This document shows, piece by piece, positions 31,938-43,597 of a stretch of 64,000 bases of DNA (position 1 is the stretch's first letter; each line of letters starts with the position of its first letter). The DNA is taken from contig ML992509.1 of NCBI GenBank assembly GCA_010093995.1, positions 891,850-955,849 of the forward strand. The letters run 5' to 3'. Under the pieces are notes generated by a model, which worked only from the letters and a program-made list of their open reading frames with translations, was not told the DNA's origin and ran no database searches. The DNA comes from Elsinoe ampelina. Lineage: Eukaryota. The translations under genes were made by a program, and so were the position numbers.

Positions 31938-32770
31938 TTAGATCAAAGCCCCCTCATTCATCTTCTCCTCCAACACCCTCCTCTTCCCCTCCTCCTCCCT
32001 CTCCCTCTTCGCCTTCCTCCTCTCCACCACCTCCTTCGTCCTCGCCCTCTCCTTCCCCTTCAACTCCCTCCTCGCCTCCTCCAGCCTCATCTGCGCATCC
32101 TCCTTCCTCAAACCCTCGTCAATCTCCCTCCTCTCCTCCTCCGTCAACACCCATGGCCTCCCCAACACCTCCCGCTTGAACCTCGCCTCCGCTTCCCATG
32201 CCGCCATCTCCTCTGCCGTATCCTTGACGAGGGCGAGACGTTTGAGTTCAACCTGCCTCACCCCGCGGAAAGAGCTGAATGTGCCTTTTGCTTTGACGAC
32301 CATGCCGGATTGCAGTGGCGTATTGTCGAGGAATAGCTTGGAGGAATCGACCATTTTCAAGGGGCCGGAGGAGAAGCCCATCGTGACTTTCTCCGTGAGT
32401 GTCGTGCCCGGCTCGTCACTGCTCTTGTCCCGCTTTACGACCAGGTCGATGCAGACGCCGCTGCCGTCATCCAGGGTGATCATCGTGGGTCCGGTGGAGG
32501 TGGCTTCGATGGAGACGATGACGCCGACGAGATAGGCATATTGGATGGGGTGGTTGAGGTGGAAGAGGATGTTTTGGCCTGTCGTGTGGTCAGAGAGATG
32601 GTGCAGGGGACTGGAGGTGGAAACCTACCTTCGAAGCCTCTCGCTTCGTGCAGGGAATGCACCGCGTCGGCGATGGAGAGCTTACACCATTGGTTGAAGG
32701 TGGGGGAGGCGCCAAAGTATTTGGCTGGTGGGATGGGGTGGTCGTGCCTGACGGCGGACCTGTTGTTCAT
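31938..32770 (-). CDS. STN1: CST complex subunit Stn1 (OB-fold telomere-capping protein)
   Basis: Spliced GFEG|QNILFHLNHPIQYAYLVGVIVSI...ITLDDGSG...VVKAKG...FRGVRQVELKR...VLGRPWVL. Intron ~32628-32579. Confidence 0.85.
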
Positions 32771-33314
32771 GACATGTTCCTAATCTCAGGGTACCGCGTC
32801 TCTCGACATCGATGCGACGGTCGGATGTAAGTGTGGCGAAACTGCACGGCTGACTTCTACCAGGAATGTGAGATGGTGGAGGTGGAGCTCGGCCTTGGCG
32901 TCCAGGTCTGTCTCCCATGCCAAAATAGGAAACATGTCAACACTCTGGACCGGAGGCACACTTCACGTTCCTTGCGAATTGAGAGACTTGGTCAATTAAG
33001 ACATCGATGCAAGGTTTATATGAGCTTCTACCATGAATTTGGGCAAGCGATTAGCGTTCGAGACATCGGATTGTGACCGACAGGGTATCTCGGTAAATGC
33101 TCATCATCATGTCAGCAGCTTACTGGTAATAAGCTCTCGTTAATCGGTCCGGACAGGCAGAGAATTTCCATGCTCCTGCTCAGAGTCACCATGCTCGTTG
33201 TGCTGACTTTCTGCCCATCGTATCTACGCTCTCAGCATCTTGCGTTCGCCCTATGTTCCGCATCACCATCTGAAGAAGGCAGAAATTCAAGCTTTGTGGA
33301 CCTATTCCTGATAT

Positions 33315-35865
33315 TCAGTCAAGGCTTATTGGCTTTCCATCTATCATCTGAGACGTATGCCTAGCAAGCCTCTGACAAATGCCCCTCCATTCCATTCTCG
33401 ACAACAATATGCGTTGTGCTTCTCGAAGTATCCGAGCAGGGCTACTCTCCCCGTCCAAGAAGCCAATGCCGGATATGTGAACGCGGAAGAAACGACCCTT
33501 GTGAAGCCATTCGTAGCACATCTGAACGTCCAGTGAGCCGCCCAGATGAAGGGTAGGCGTCTTGACTTGTAGCACTTGATTCTCTCTGGCCAGGGGCTCG
33601 AAGCGATCATAGACCCAGATGAAACTTGTTGCGTACATGAGAGAAATTGGATCGAGAGCGTTGAAGTGCTTTTTCACTCGGAGAGCCTTGAGAATCAAGA
33701 CCGACAAGAGTAGACAATGCCGACTTCTTCGTGGGTCCCGCTTCAGCCAGGCGAGGAATGTGACTTCAGCTTGTTTGGTTTGTTCTGCCGTCGACCGCCA
33801 GCCACCAATGGTCTGCAATGTTTGGCGCGTGACAGCTCTAATCAGGAGCAGCGTTGGATAGAGCATTGTTCGCTCGGTATTACGGGCCCCGAAGAACTCT
33901 GCCAAAAGCGGGATAGAAGAGTGAACATCGAGCAACTTGATTGCAGTTTCCGAAACCACACTTGCAACAGCATCGATGCCCGTGTCAACACCTCGCGAAC
34001 TGACGATAGAGCTAATGACCGCCCTCTGCAAAGTCGAGTTCCTGAAACGCTGAATGCTGACTTGATCATCGACATACAAATAGAGAAGTCGTAGGCGACA
34101 AGTAAAGACGTCGGCGATGGCATCGTTCTGTTCCAGAGGGATGCCCAAGCGCGGGCCAAAGGCCTTGATGGCAGAATCCGAGTCAACAAGTTGATGCCAG
34201 GTTTCCTCGTCCCGACAGCGCCACAGATTATCCAGGCACGGGTAACGATTCGTCATGTCGAAAAGCTCTGTAGCCGGGGGTAGTCCGTGAGATATGTACT
34301 GCAGGCACTGTAATTGATACACGCCATGCGAAAGACGTATCAGCGATTCTGAGTACAGCCATTGTGTATAATCAAGCTTTCTCGGCGGAGTATCGACGTC
34401 TGTCGAGGCTGCATCGAGACGAGCTTCTTGTAGATTTAACAGCTGACAGTACGTAGTTGACCGGCTTCTGTCAAATTGTTGCTGCAACTGCAGAGCTCTA
34501 TCACCGCTGAAGTGCATGCAGATGTCCTTGAGCAGAATGACTTGAGCATTTTCAAGGCTCAGGAGTGTAAGATCTGCAAGCACATGCAGATCGACAGCCT
34601 TTCGTAGCAACTCCAAGAGAATCTTGTGGTTGGTGTGTCCGGATGCAGCAGTACTACACGTGGCCCCAACTGTGGCTGCGGCAAGAAGCAACTTCCAGTC
34701 CAGGGCGGGCGAGCTGAGCGATGATGGATGAATAAGTGGTTCCTCCATAAGATACCTTTGTACAAACAAGTCCATATATCCGCCAAGGTCCTGATCAGTG
34801 ATCAGCGTGGCTGTTTCCGGTAAGTTGTTGCTGTGGAATTCTCGTAAAGTCTGCAGAGCCGGTATAGGTAACGTTCTGGTAGGATCCTGATCTTCAACGG
34901 CAGGCGAAACCTGGCTGTCCGGTGCAGTCAGCGACTCAGCGAGTGCGGGCGGGGGTCGGATGCTTTTGCTGGACTGCTCTCGATGACTTTCGTAAGTGTT
35001 GTCGCTCGGTATAGTCGTCGAGGTTCCGTCTCCCCGCTCGCAGTCACTTCTTTCGGGCAGCAGCTGGAACTTTTCGTGCTGATCGCTGCGATCTTGGTCG
35101 GTGTATATTGGCGTGGGCAGATCCAGCACCTCAACTCTTGGTGGAGACCAGGAGAAGTGATCCAGAATGTCGAGGTCGAAATTGAACAATGATGTTACAT
35201 CATATGGCAGAGATGCGGGAGCGTAGTTGGATGTAGATTTACCGAGATCGCCCATCCCTCGTTCACGGCCCTCTCCAGCTCGGTACATGTGCATGCCATA
35301 TGGCTGCGTCGAAACGCTCCGAGCCGTTCTGGAGAAGTTGCTTGCTGAGTATGGTGCTGTGTCCGCGCCATATGCTTGATCAGTGGGATAGGATGGAGAA
35401 GAATTGTCGGCGTCGTAAGCTACCTTTCTTCGTTTGATCAACACAGGCTCCTCGGTAGGGCGCCTCCGGCAAGGGACTTTCCTCTGTTCGCACCAAGTAC
35501 ACGGAGAGCCTCCGGAGCAGCGCTTTTTATGCTTGTGGCAATTTATGCATGCTTTTGGCCCGGTCGCACGGCCAAGAGTGGCAAGCTGAGCGTCAGGGAC
35601 CTGGCCAGCATGGGTGTCTGCATGCCGTCGCAGGGCATCCCTGATAGATGGATCAATCGAATGTAATAGAAGATCGAGATAGACTAGCTACAAACCTTCT
35701 TGAGAATTGCCGGCCGCATATGTCGCAATCGTGGGACTTGGTCCCTTCATGTTGCGTCACGTGCCGGGACAGGTGTTCCTTTCGCTTGAATTTGGACGGA
35801 CAGTAAGGGCAGGAGAAGATCCGAATGTCAGAGGCATCGTACTCGGCTAGATCTGGCGTTGACAT
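33315..35865 (-). CDS. transcription factor with two C2H2 fingers, a Zn(II)2Cys6 cluster and a fungal TF domain
   Basis: CPYC...HLSRHVTQH and CDICGRQFSRR|DALRRH..TH, then ACINCHKHKKRCSGGSPCTWCEQRKVPC in frame with the 709-aa ORF (PLIHP motif). Intron ~35695-35640. Confidence 0.9.
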
Positions 35866-36509
35866 GGTGTCTCCGGGCTAAGAGTCGCGGGCGAAGTAGC
35901 GGTGCAAGCATTTGTTGACGAAAATTGAGGATTTGTGGTCAATTACCCGAGCATTCTTGGACGCGAATAAGGACGTGAAAATACGGCCATGTATACTACC
36001 TGACGGTCGACGAGAACATCAGAGGATAACAGGCAGTAGAGATGGTCGTGTTGCACTTGGCAGGGCCAGAACGTGTCGACGGGGAGAGGATCGTCGGCAA
36101 ATGTTGCAAAGTGCCGAAAAGAGTCTTTTCCCGTCTTGCCGTTCAGATAGAGTTCGATGTGCTCGCGTCCGATGTACCAACTAAACTTAGTACCGTAAGA
36201 TGATATCCAACAGATCAGGAGGATCCTTTGTCTGCCGAAATGCACGGGAGGTTCCAGGTCTGGTAGGTAGCTACTGCAGCGACCCGAGAAAGCTGGGGGG
36301 AAATGGGGAGGCTGGAGAACCAGAGCTCAGCAGTCTCATGATCCTGTTTTGTAGAGCTAGCAGACCAACTTTCCCATCTCAAACGACTGATAAAAGGTCT
36401 GTTTCCTGATCAGAGGCACTGCAGCATCTTCCAGGCTCGTCGCAAGCTTCTGAAGCATGAAAGGATCGTCAAAGTTGCCAGACTGCATATCAAAGGTTAT
36501 TTGAGCACC

Positions 36510-37201
36510 ATGGCGCTCCGACCAACGGCTCTCAGCGGCCTTGTGCTACTTGCAAGAGTCGCAACGTTGTCTCTGGCTCAGGCACAAAGTCCTTGGTACT
36601 GCGGAGCGGTGGCGCTTCAACAAGCAGCGGTCGCACAATGTCCACAATGGGCTACAATCAGCTGTAGTAGTATCGGAGCTGCAGGATAGTAAGAGGAAAG
36701 CTACCCCTTGCGGCGAATCTGTGCTAACGATCAAATAGCTGCTGTCCTGCTGGAACGACCTGCGGCTGGGGAGGTGGGACAGTCGGATGCTGTTCCAGTG
36801 GCCAACAATGCACCGGACAACCTGGAGCAGCATATCAGCAACAGAACTGGCAACCACAGCAAACGCAATGCTACGACTGCGCGCCCAAAACCGTCGTCGT
36901 GCCGGCAGTAGTGACTCAACAACCAACCACGATATACCAGCAGCCGACTGTCACTCTCGTCCAGCCAACAACGAGTGCTCTAATAGGGGTCGGTGTTCCC
37001 TTCACTACGAGTGTGAGGACCTCCTTGGTTGTCCAAGGATTCTGTTCAACGCAAATAGCCAGCGGGCCTGGCCTGCCGACGACAGCTCAAGGCGGATGCG
37101 GGACGATATTGATCGTGGCAGGAGCTCCACCAAAGCTTCATATTGGGTTTGGAATCTGGCTGATACCCTTCACTTACATACTGTCGATACTTCTACTCTA
37201 G
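36510..37201 (+). CDS. small secreted Cys-rich, probably GPI-anchored protein
   Basis: Signal peptide; CP..ISCSSIG..GY|CCPAGTTC....VGCC...QC; Q/T-rich linker; FCST....GPGLPTTAQGGCGTILIV; hydrophobic C-terminus. Intron 36689-36738. Confidence 0.8.
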
Positions 37202-37522
37202 ACATGATTTTATCAAAGCAAGAAACGAGATCTTCACTTCCGGAAGCTCTGTCCGAGATCTCCAGGGCTGCCGTCCCCAGATTTCGTGTCGATCAATGAC
37301 GTTTTTTGTTGGTGCTCGCGGTGCTGTCATGATTGCGCTGAGAGACAGAAGACAGATTGTGACACGCTGAATTGTTCAAGAAGGCGCGGTAAATCCTTTG
37401 TTTTATCACGCAACTCTTCTCAGATGCAATCTTCCACCACACGCCTCCTCTCACCCATCAGAACCTTACCGAAACCTAGAATCTGTACATCTCTTCCAGC
37501 ATCTCAGCTTCAGAGACGAACC

Positions 37523-38206
37523 ATGTCTACCCCTTGTATGTATCTTTGGTCTATTCATATCCGCAGAATCTGATCAACACCAGCGGATCTCAAGATTGAA
37601 AACACAAACATCAACGCTAGCCCCGGGGTCAATCTCAGCGCAGAGCAAAAGACCATCGTTGGCAGCGTGCTTGACCTCTTCGCTGGCCGCCCAAGTCTCC
37701 CCAAGCTAGCTCTCTGGGCGGACGATGGCGAGTTCACCGACAACATCACCATTGCCAAGGGCCGTGACAAGTACCAAGCTCAATGGGTGCGCATTACTGC
37801 CCAAGGTCGCTATGATCAGCTGCTAATCATTCATGCAGTATGGTCTCCAATCTGCTTTCTCCGAGATCGAGCGCCTCCATCACGAGGTCAAGTCTTCAGG
37901 CAATCCGATAGTCATGGATATGAAGACCCGCTATGTCGTCAAAGGTATCAACAAGGAGCAGATCATTCAGAGCGTGATCGAGATCTACACTGGATCAGAT
38001 GGAAAGATCACAAAGGTGGCTGACAAGTGGGATGGAAAGCTTCCAGACGGACCAATTTCCAACGTGAGTCCTACCTCGATCTGGTCTCTCTCGAGCATAT
38101 GCTGATAAGTTTGCAGGCATTCCGTCACCTCAACGCTGTCTCGGTGCCAAAGATGATCAGCGTTCCCAAGAACGCTGAAGAGGACGCAAAGCGAGGCAAC
38201 GCGTAA
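37523..38206 (+). CDS. conserved fungal NTF2/SnoaL-like protein (4 exons)
   Basis: Spliced product includes VGSVLDLFAGRPSL...F.D.ITIAKGRDKYQAQW|YGL...GKITKVADKWDGKLP. Three GT-AG introns. Confidence 0.75.
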
Positions 38207-38282
38207 ATGCTTGCATCGTGGCGAGGGAAGCTCTGTCAACGTAGTGTATGACTAGCACAGCGAAGCATTGTCGATTCCTCTT

Positions 38283-38789
38283 TCACTCTTCATGTCCGGC
38301 TGTTGCGACTGCAATGATTTCATCCTCCATCCCGGTGATCCGTGTGACCTTGACGCCCGCCTCTTCAAGCTTCTTCCTGCCTTGGTTTTCACCTACGAAC
38401 TTTTCGGGCTCTAACACGCCGACAAAGACCTTTCTGACACCTTTCCCGCCCTTGAGTGTCCATAAGACCCTGTCCGCGCAAGGCGCGTTACCGCTCAGTC
38501 GCATATTGCATGGCTCCATCGTTGTGTACAGCTCCGTATCCTCCGGCAATGCAGATCCGATATCCTCTTCGGCAACGCCACACTTCTCGGCAACCTTCAT
38601 GAAGCAGCACTGTTCCGCATGCGTGTTGCCCGGTAGCTCAAGAGTGTACCCGGTCGCCAGAATCGGATCGGGTGCGGAAGGGGAGACGAGGACTGCTCCT
38701 ACGCAAAAGTTGGTCGGCTTCGGCGGTGATTTTCTGGCCTCGGACAGTGCTAGACGCATGTACTCTAATTGTTGAGCTTGGCTGGACAT
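38283..38789 (-). CDS. Zn-dependent cytidine-deaminase-fold protein (DRAP deaminase / Rib2-domain-like)
   Basis: FCVGAVLV, ELPGNTHAEQC, LYTTMEPC..RLSGNAPC. Confidence 0.88.
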   Translation of the reverse strand: MSSQAQQLEYMRLALSEARKSPPKPTNFCVGAVLVSPSAPDPILATGYTLELPGNTHAEQCCFMKVAEKCGVAEEDIGSALPEDTELYTTMEPCNMRLSGNAPCADRVLWTLKGGKGVRKVFVGVLEPEKFVGENQGRKKLEEAGVKVTRITGMEDEIIAVATAGHEE

Positions 38790-38899
38790 TATTCCGAGGC
38801 GACCCAGCTACACTGAGGTGTGGAAGGGGATCAGTACACGATGTGTGGTGCCCAAAGAGGAAAGCTAAATTGGCGACATATAAATTTATGCACGCCGCA

Positions 38900-38910
38900 A
38901 CGCGACGCGT
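38900..38910. promoter_or_regulatory. overlapping MCB-like elements (ACGCGACGCGT) in the bidirectional promoter
   Basis: Exact ACGCGT plus an adjacent ACGCGA in the ~300-bp region between divergent genes. Confidence 0.45.
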
Positions 38911-39093
38911 CGTTTGCATCACATCACCCAGAGCTACAGCTTGAGCTCTTCCAATTTTTGACAACAATCTCACTTCTCTTTTACAGCTTACTCTTTACCA
39001 TATTTCCACCGTCCTAATTCATACACCCCTTATCTCAATCCTCTCCATTCCTCCATCCAGTCAAATCACCAATCCCCTCACTCCAAACCCACC

Positions 39094-40017
39094 ATGCCCT
39101 CCCTCGACACCGAAGACCTCACCGACCTCTCCCCCCCAACAACCATAAACCCCTACACCGTCCTCTCCCTCGACAAAACCGCCACCGAACCCCAAATCAA
39201 AACGGCCTACCGCCGCCTCGCCCTCCTCCACCACCCTGACAAAGCCGCCCCGGGCACCACCGACACGGCAAAGGAGAAATTCCAAGAACTCGCCCTCGCG
39301 TACGCCATCCTCTCCGACCCCCGCCGCCGCGCCCGCTACGATCTCACAGGCCGCACGGAAGAGTCCCTCACGCTCGACGGCGAAGGCGAAGACGGGGAGT
39401 TCAACTGGAGCGATTTCTACCGCGGACAATTCGAGGATGTGATCAGTGCGGCGAGCATAGAGGAGTTCAAGAAGACGTATCAAGGGAGTGAGGAGGAGGG
39501 GGAGGCGGTGCTGGCGGCGTACACAGAGGGGGAAGGGGATCTGGATGTGGTGTTTGAGAGTGTGATGGTCAGTGAGGTGGAGGCGGACGAGGAACGGTTT
39601 AGGGTGATGATACAGGAGGCGATTGACAAGGGGGAGGTAGAGGCGTATAGAAGCTTCACGAAAGAGTCGAAGAAGAAGGCGGAGGGGAGGCGGAAGCGGG
39701 CTAGAGAGGAGGCGAAGGAGGCGGAGGAAGCGGCGGAGGAGTTGGGGGTGAAGGAGAAGTTGTTTGGGAAGAAAGGCAAGGGAGGAGGGGAGGAGGGGTT
39801 GAAGGCGTTGATCATGCAGAGGCAGAAGGGGAGGCAGGAGGATTTTCTGGCGGGGTTGGAGGCGAAGTATGGGGGAGGTGGGAAGAAGGGGAAGGGCAAG
39901 GCGAAGAAGGGGCTCAAGGAGGTGGAGGAGCCCCCAGAGGAGATGTTCGAGAGGAACAGGAAGAAGGATACGGAGGAGAAGCCGGCGGGCAGGAGATCTA
40001 AGAGGGTCAAGACTTGA
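39094..40017 (+). CDS. DnaJ-domain protein, DNAJC9-like
   Basis: J domain (NPYTVL, AYRRLALLHHPDK, RRARYD), YQGSEEE..VL.AY..GDLD, and a basic C-terminus with LEAKYG. Confidence 0.9.
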   Translation: MPSLDTEDLTDLSPPTTINPYTVLSLDKTATEPQIKTAYRRLALLHHPDKAAPGTTDTAKEKFQELALAYAILSDPRRRARYDLTGRTEESLTLDGEGEDGEFNWSDFYRGQFEDVISAASIEEFKKTYQGSEEEGEAVLAAYTEGEGDLDVVFESVMVSEVEADEERFRVMIQEAIDKGEVEAYRSFTKESKKKAEGRRKRAREEAKEAEEAAEELGVKEKLFGKKGKGGGEEGLKALIMQRQKGRQEDFLAGLEAKYGGGGKKGKGKAKKGLKEVEEPPEEMFERNRKKDTEEKPAGRRSKRVKT

Positions 40018-40175
40018 GCTTGCATGTCCAGCTCACAAAGCGGCACGAGACATGGTGAACGGCACAGGACGAGGATGTACAATTTGACGATACGGGAAGC
40101 GAGGCGTTGCATAGCGACATTGACCAAATGAATCTAGTTACGACATACAATCCTCTACCCGTACAACTCCTCCCA

Positions 40176-41693
40176 TCACGCAGCAACCTTCTCACTCAAC
40201 ACACTATCCCTCTGCCCCCTCTCCTCCTCAACCTCCATCACCTCCCTCTCACTCCTAAACTCCAACTCCCCAAAATCACTTCTCTTCGCCTCCCACAGAT
40301 CCCACAAATACATACTCCTCGGCTGCCACCTCTTCCCACTCCCCGCAGAAGGCAACACATTCCCTCCCGCCTTGATATACGTACTGTTCAAATCCAACAA
40401 CGCCTTCCTCTGCATCCCCTTATCCCCGACCCGCGGCGTGGCGCTCGCGTACCCCTTGCCCCGCATAAAGTTGACCAGACGACACATGTAGTGCGCCGTG
40501 CTGTCGCTCCCCAGTGTCCAGCTGGCGTTGGTGTACCCCACGAAGAGACAGGCGTTGGGGACATCGTTGAGCATGGCGTGGCGGTAGACGAAGCGTTCGC
40601 TGATGTCGATCGGGGTGCCGTCGACGGAGACCTTGGCGCCGCCTGCGATTTGGAGGCGCAGACCGGTGGCGGTGACGATGATGTCGGCGGAGAGTTCGGT
40701 GCCGTCTTTCAGTCGGATGGTCTGGTCGGTGACCTGTTCGATTTCGCCGGTGACGACTTGGGCGCGGCCGTTGCGGATGGCGGCGTAGAAGTCGCCCGAG
40801 GGGGAGACGCAGAGGCGTTGGTCCCAGGGGTTGTAGCGGGGGTTGAAGTTGGGGTCCATTTTGTAGTCCTTTGGGAGGAGGGATTGGGCTTGTTTGCTGA
40901 GGAGTTTGCGGGCAAAGTTGGGGAAGGCTTGGAAGATGGTGAAGGAGAGGTAGGCGAGCATGACGAAGCGGAAGCGGATGAGGCGGTAGGCGATGGAGGA
41001 GGGGAGGATGGTACGGAGGGTGCGGTTGATGGTGTCGTCTTGGGGCATGGCGACGATGTAGGTTGGGGAGCGTTGGAGCATGGTCACGTGGGGGGTTTGT
41101 TTGGCGATGTTCGGGAGGATGGTGACAGCGGTGGCTCCAGAACCGATAATGACAACCTTCTTGTCTTTGTAGTCCAGATCCTCGGGCCAGAATTGAGGAT
41201 GTATGGTGAGCCCCCTGAAGTTTGAGATACCGGGTATGTTGGCAGACAGAGGGTTCTTGTAATCGTAATAGCCAGTGCACCAGAAGACAAACGAGGTACG
41301 AATTGTCTTTTGCTGGTCTTCATTCGCGGTCACCGAGAGTGTCCACTTTTGCCGCTTGGAAGACCATTCTGCACTTTCGACCCTGTGCCGAAACTGCATC
41401 TTCTTGTCAATACCAAATTCTGCTGCCGTCTCCCTCATGTATTCCAGAATCAAAGGAGCCTCGGCGATGGCGTTGTGTAACTTCCATGGTCGGAATGGGA
41501 AGCCGAATGTGTGAAGATCAGAGTCTGATCGAATACCAGGAAACCGGAACAGGTCCCATGTGCCACCTATGGCATCTCGTGCTTCCAGTATTGTATACTT
41601 GAGGCCGGGCAACTGTTCTTGGATGCGATAACCTGCATCTATGCCAGAGATACCAGCACCAACGACAACAATGTCATACGTTTCGGTCGCCAT
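40176..41693 (-). CDS. FAD-dependent flavin monooxygenase, EthA/MymA-like Baeyer-Villiger type
   Basis: GAGISG, GGTWDLFRFPGIRSDSD, FxGxxxHPQFWP, GSGATA, QRSP, ATG motifs. Confidence 0.93.
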   Translation of the reverse strand: MATETYDIVVVGAGISGIDAGYRIQEQLPGLKYTILEARDAIGGTWDLFRFPGIRSDSDLHTFGFPFRPWKLHNAIAEAPLILEYMRETAAEFGIDKKMQFRHRVESAEWSSKRQKWTLSVTANEDQQKTIRTSFVFWCTGYYDYKNPLSANIPGISNFRGLTIHPQFWPEDLDYKDKKVVIIGSGATAVTILPNIAKQTPHVTMLQRSPTYIVAMPQDDTINRTLRTILPSSIAYRLIRFRFVMLAYLSFTIFQAFPNFARKLLSKQAQSLLPKDYKMDPNFNPRYNPWDQRLCVSPSGDFYAAIRNGRAQVVTGEIEQVTDQTIRLKDGTELSADIIVTATGLRLQIAGGAKVSVDGTPIDISERFVYRHAMLNDVPNACLFVGYTNASWTLGSDSTAHYMCRLVNFMRGKGYASATPRVGDKGMQRKALLDLNSTYIKAGGNVLPSAGSGKRWQPRSMYLWDLWEAKRSDFGELEFRSEREVMEVEEERGQRDSVLSEKVAA

Positions 41694-42707
41694 TTTGAAG
41701 CCTTGATGCAAGCACTTTGCTCAGAAATGTGACGAGTCGAGTCTACCAAAATTGTGACAATATGGCAATGCGACCGGCGCCTCGTGGATCTTTGTAGAAA
41801 GGTAAGGGATTCAGACGTGCTAAGCAAGTTGCAGACAAGGTAAGCTCGAAGATCAAGAGGGTAGCATGTCGTGTCTATATGTAGCCGAGGTGCGAGCCCT
41901 TTGATTCGCAGTATGACGGTGGCAAGCCCCGAGCGCCCCGGTCCAACCAAGATCCGTTAAACTTTCAAGGAGATCCGGGGTTAAAACAACAGCGAATGTT
42001 GCATATCTTTCAATGTGTTTTCCGCTCACAAACTTTACCTCCTCATTTTGGGTGGTAAACTTGTCTCGGAAGTCATGGAACGTCTGTACACGGTCTCCTC
42101 TTGTGCAACTGTGCCTCGGCATGTCGATCCTAGCACGTCTGACACCCCGCGTCTTTCAGAAACGTTTCTGGGGGCACACCTGACTGATGCCCACGGAAAT
42201 TCGGATTTTCCAAGCTCCTCCGCGGTCCGAACATGAACAGCGTCCTTCCCAGATAATTCGTCCCCAAATCGTCCATCATTACTTTGACCACAGCTCTGAC
42301 CCATGTTCTTGGATTCCTTTACTCCCCATCGACAGGATTGCCCTTCATACCAATCATGCCATTGCTGGTAGTTCCATCCAGGTTGAACTAAGATGCAGCA
42401 GCCCGGCTTATTTATCCCACCCTTGGACGGCACTCCCAGGCCAGCAACCTTTGCAACATCAAGTCTGGATAGCCATTTTGCCCCCTCCTCGACAGACCGT
42501 CCACGATATCAATGAGTCTAATTACGAACAGATCAGGACTTGAAATGTCCCAGAGCTAAGCACGCCGTGCCGATAACGGTAAGGTGGCTCATAAAGATAT
42601 AGCGGGGCAAATCGCCAACAAGGCCGCGCATAAAACCCATGGTCGTGGCGTTCTCCCTTCTTTCTTCTTTCTCCGATAATCCAAGATATCGTTTGTCCTA
42701 CCAGACC

Positions 42708-43530
42708 ATGGCGTTCGATCAGCTCAGACTGCTTATGCCATTCTACTTTCTAGCCTTGTCTCTAGTATTCTTACCCAAGGCGATTGGCAAGTTGATAATT
42801 ACTTTTCAATTAGGCAAGCTCTTGCGTTGGTCTTCCCTGCAAGATGCGTGGTTTGGCACTCTCTGGGCATATCTCGGCCCGAATGTCAAGCAGAATGCTG
42901 CCCCAAAAGTCGAACCTCTCGTGAGACAGGCAACAGGTGTCGTGCTTGACATCGGTCCTGGATCTGGTCAGTGGTTAGACCTGTATTCGCCCAGGCAGAA
43001 TCAGAACATCACCAAGATCTACGGTATCGAGCCCAATCTCGAGCGTCATCCTGCGCTGCTTCAAGCCATTAAAAGGGAGGGTCTTGACGATATATACGAG
43101 GTCATTGGCGCCGGTGTCGAAGATCTACAGAAGGTCGGGCTCCAGCCTGACTCTGTTGATACCGTGGTAACCGTGCAAGTACTCTGCTCTGTACCTGATC
43201 CGCAGCGTGTCATCACAGAGCTCTATAACTTACTCAAGCCTGGCGGACAGTGGATTGTGTACGAGCATATCAAGACACCGTACACCTATGAAATCATCGC
43301 AACATGGCAAAGTATGAGACGCCGCTTCCATCACTGATCTAGATGCTAATTACCTACCAGGGATCATCGATATTGCGTGGCCTATATGCTACGGCGGATG
43401 CTCCATCACGCGACCTACGGACGAATACATGGCAAGCGCAGGTACATGGACCTCGTTCGATCTCCGGCCCAATGACGATGAGACCAAGTACGACGCAGTG
43501 CCGCATGCCAAAGGAATATTGATCAAGTAG
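42708..43530 (+). CDS. SAM-dependent methyltransferase (METTL7/type 11-like) with N-terminal membrane anchor
   Basis: VLDIGPGSG, IYGIEPN, VLCSVP, LKPGG, YEH, GGCSITR. Intron 43312-43360. Confidence 0.88.
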
Positions 43531-43597
43531 ATGCATAAGAAGCTACGACTCTCCATGTCAACAAGCAATGCTGGGTCCTGCACTTCGGGCTATCCTG

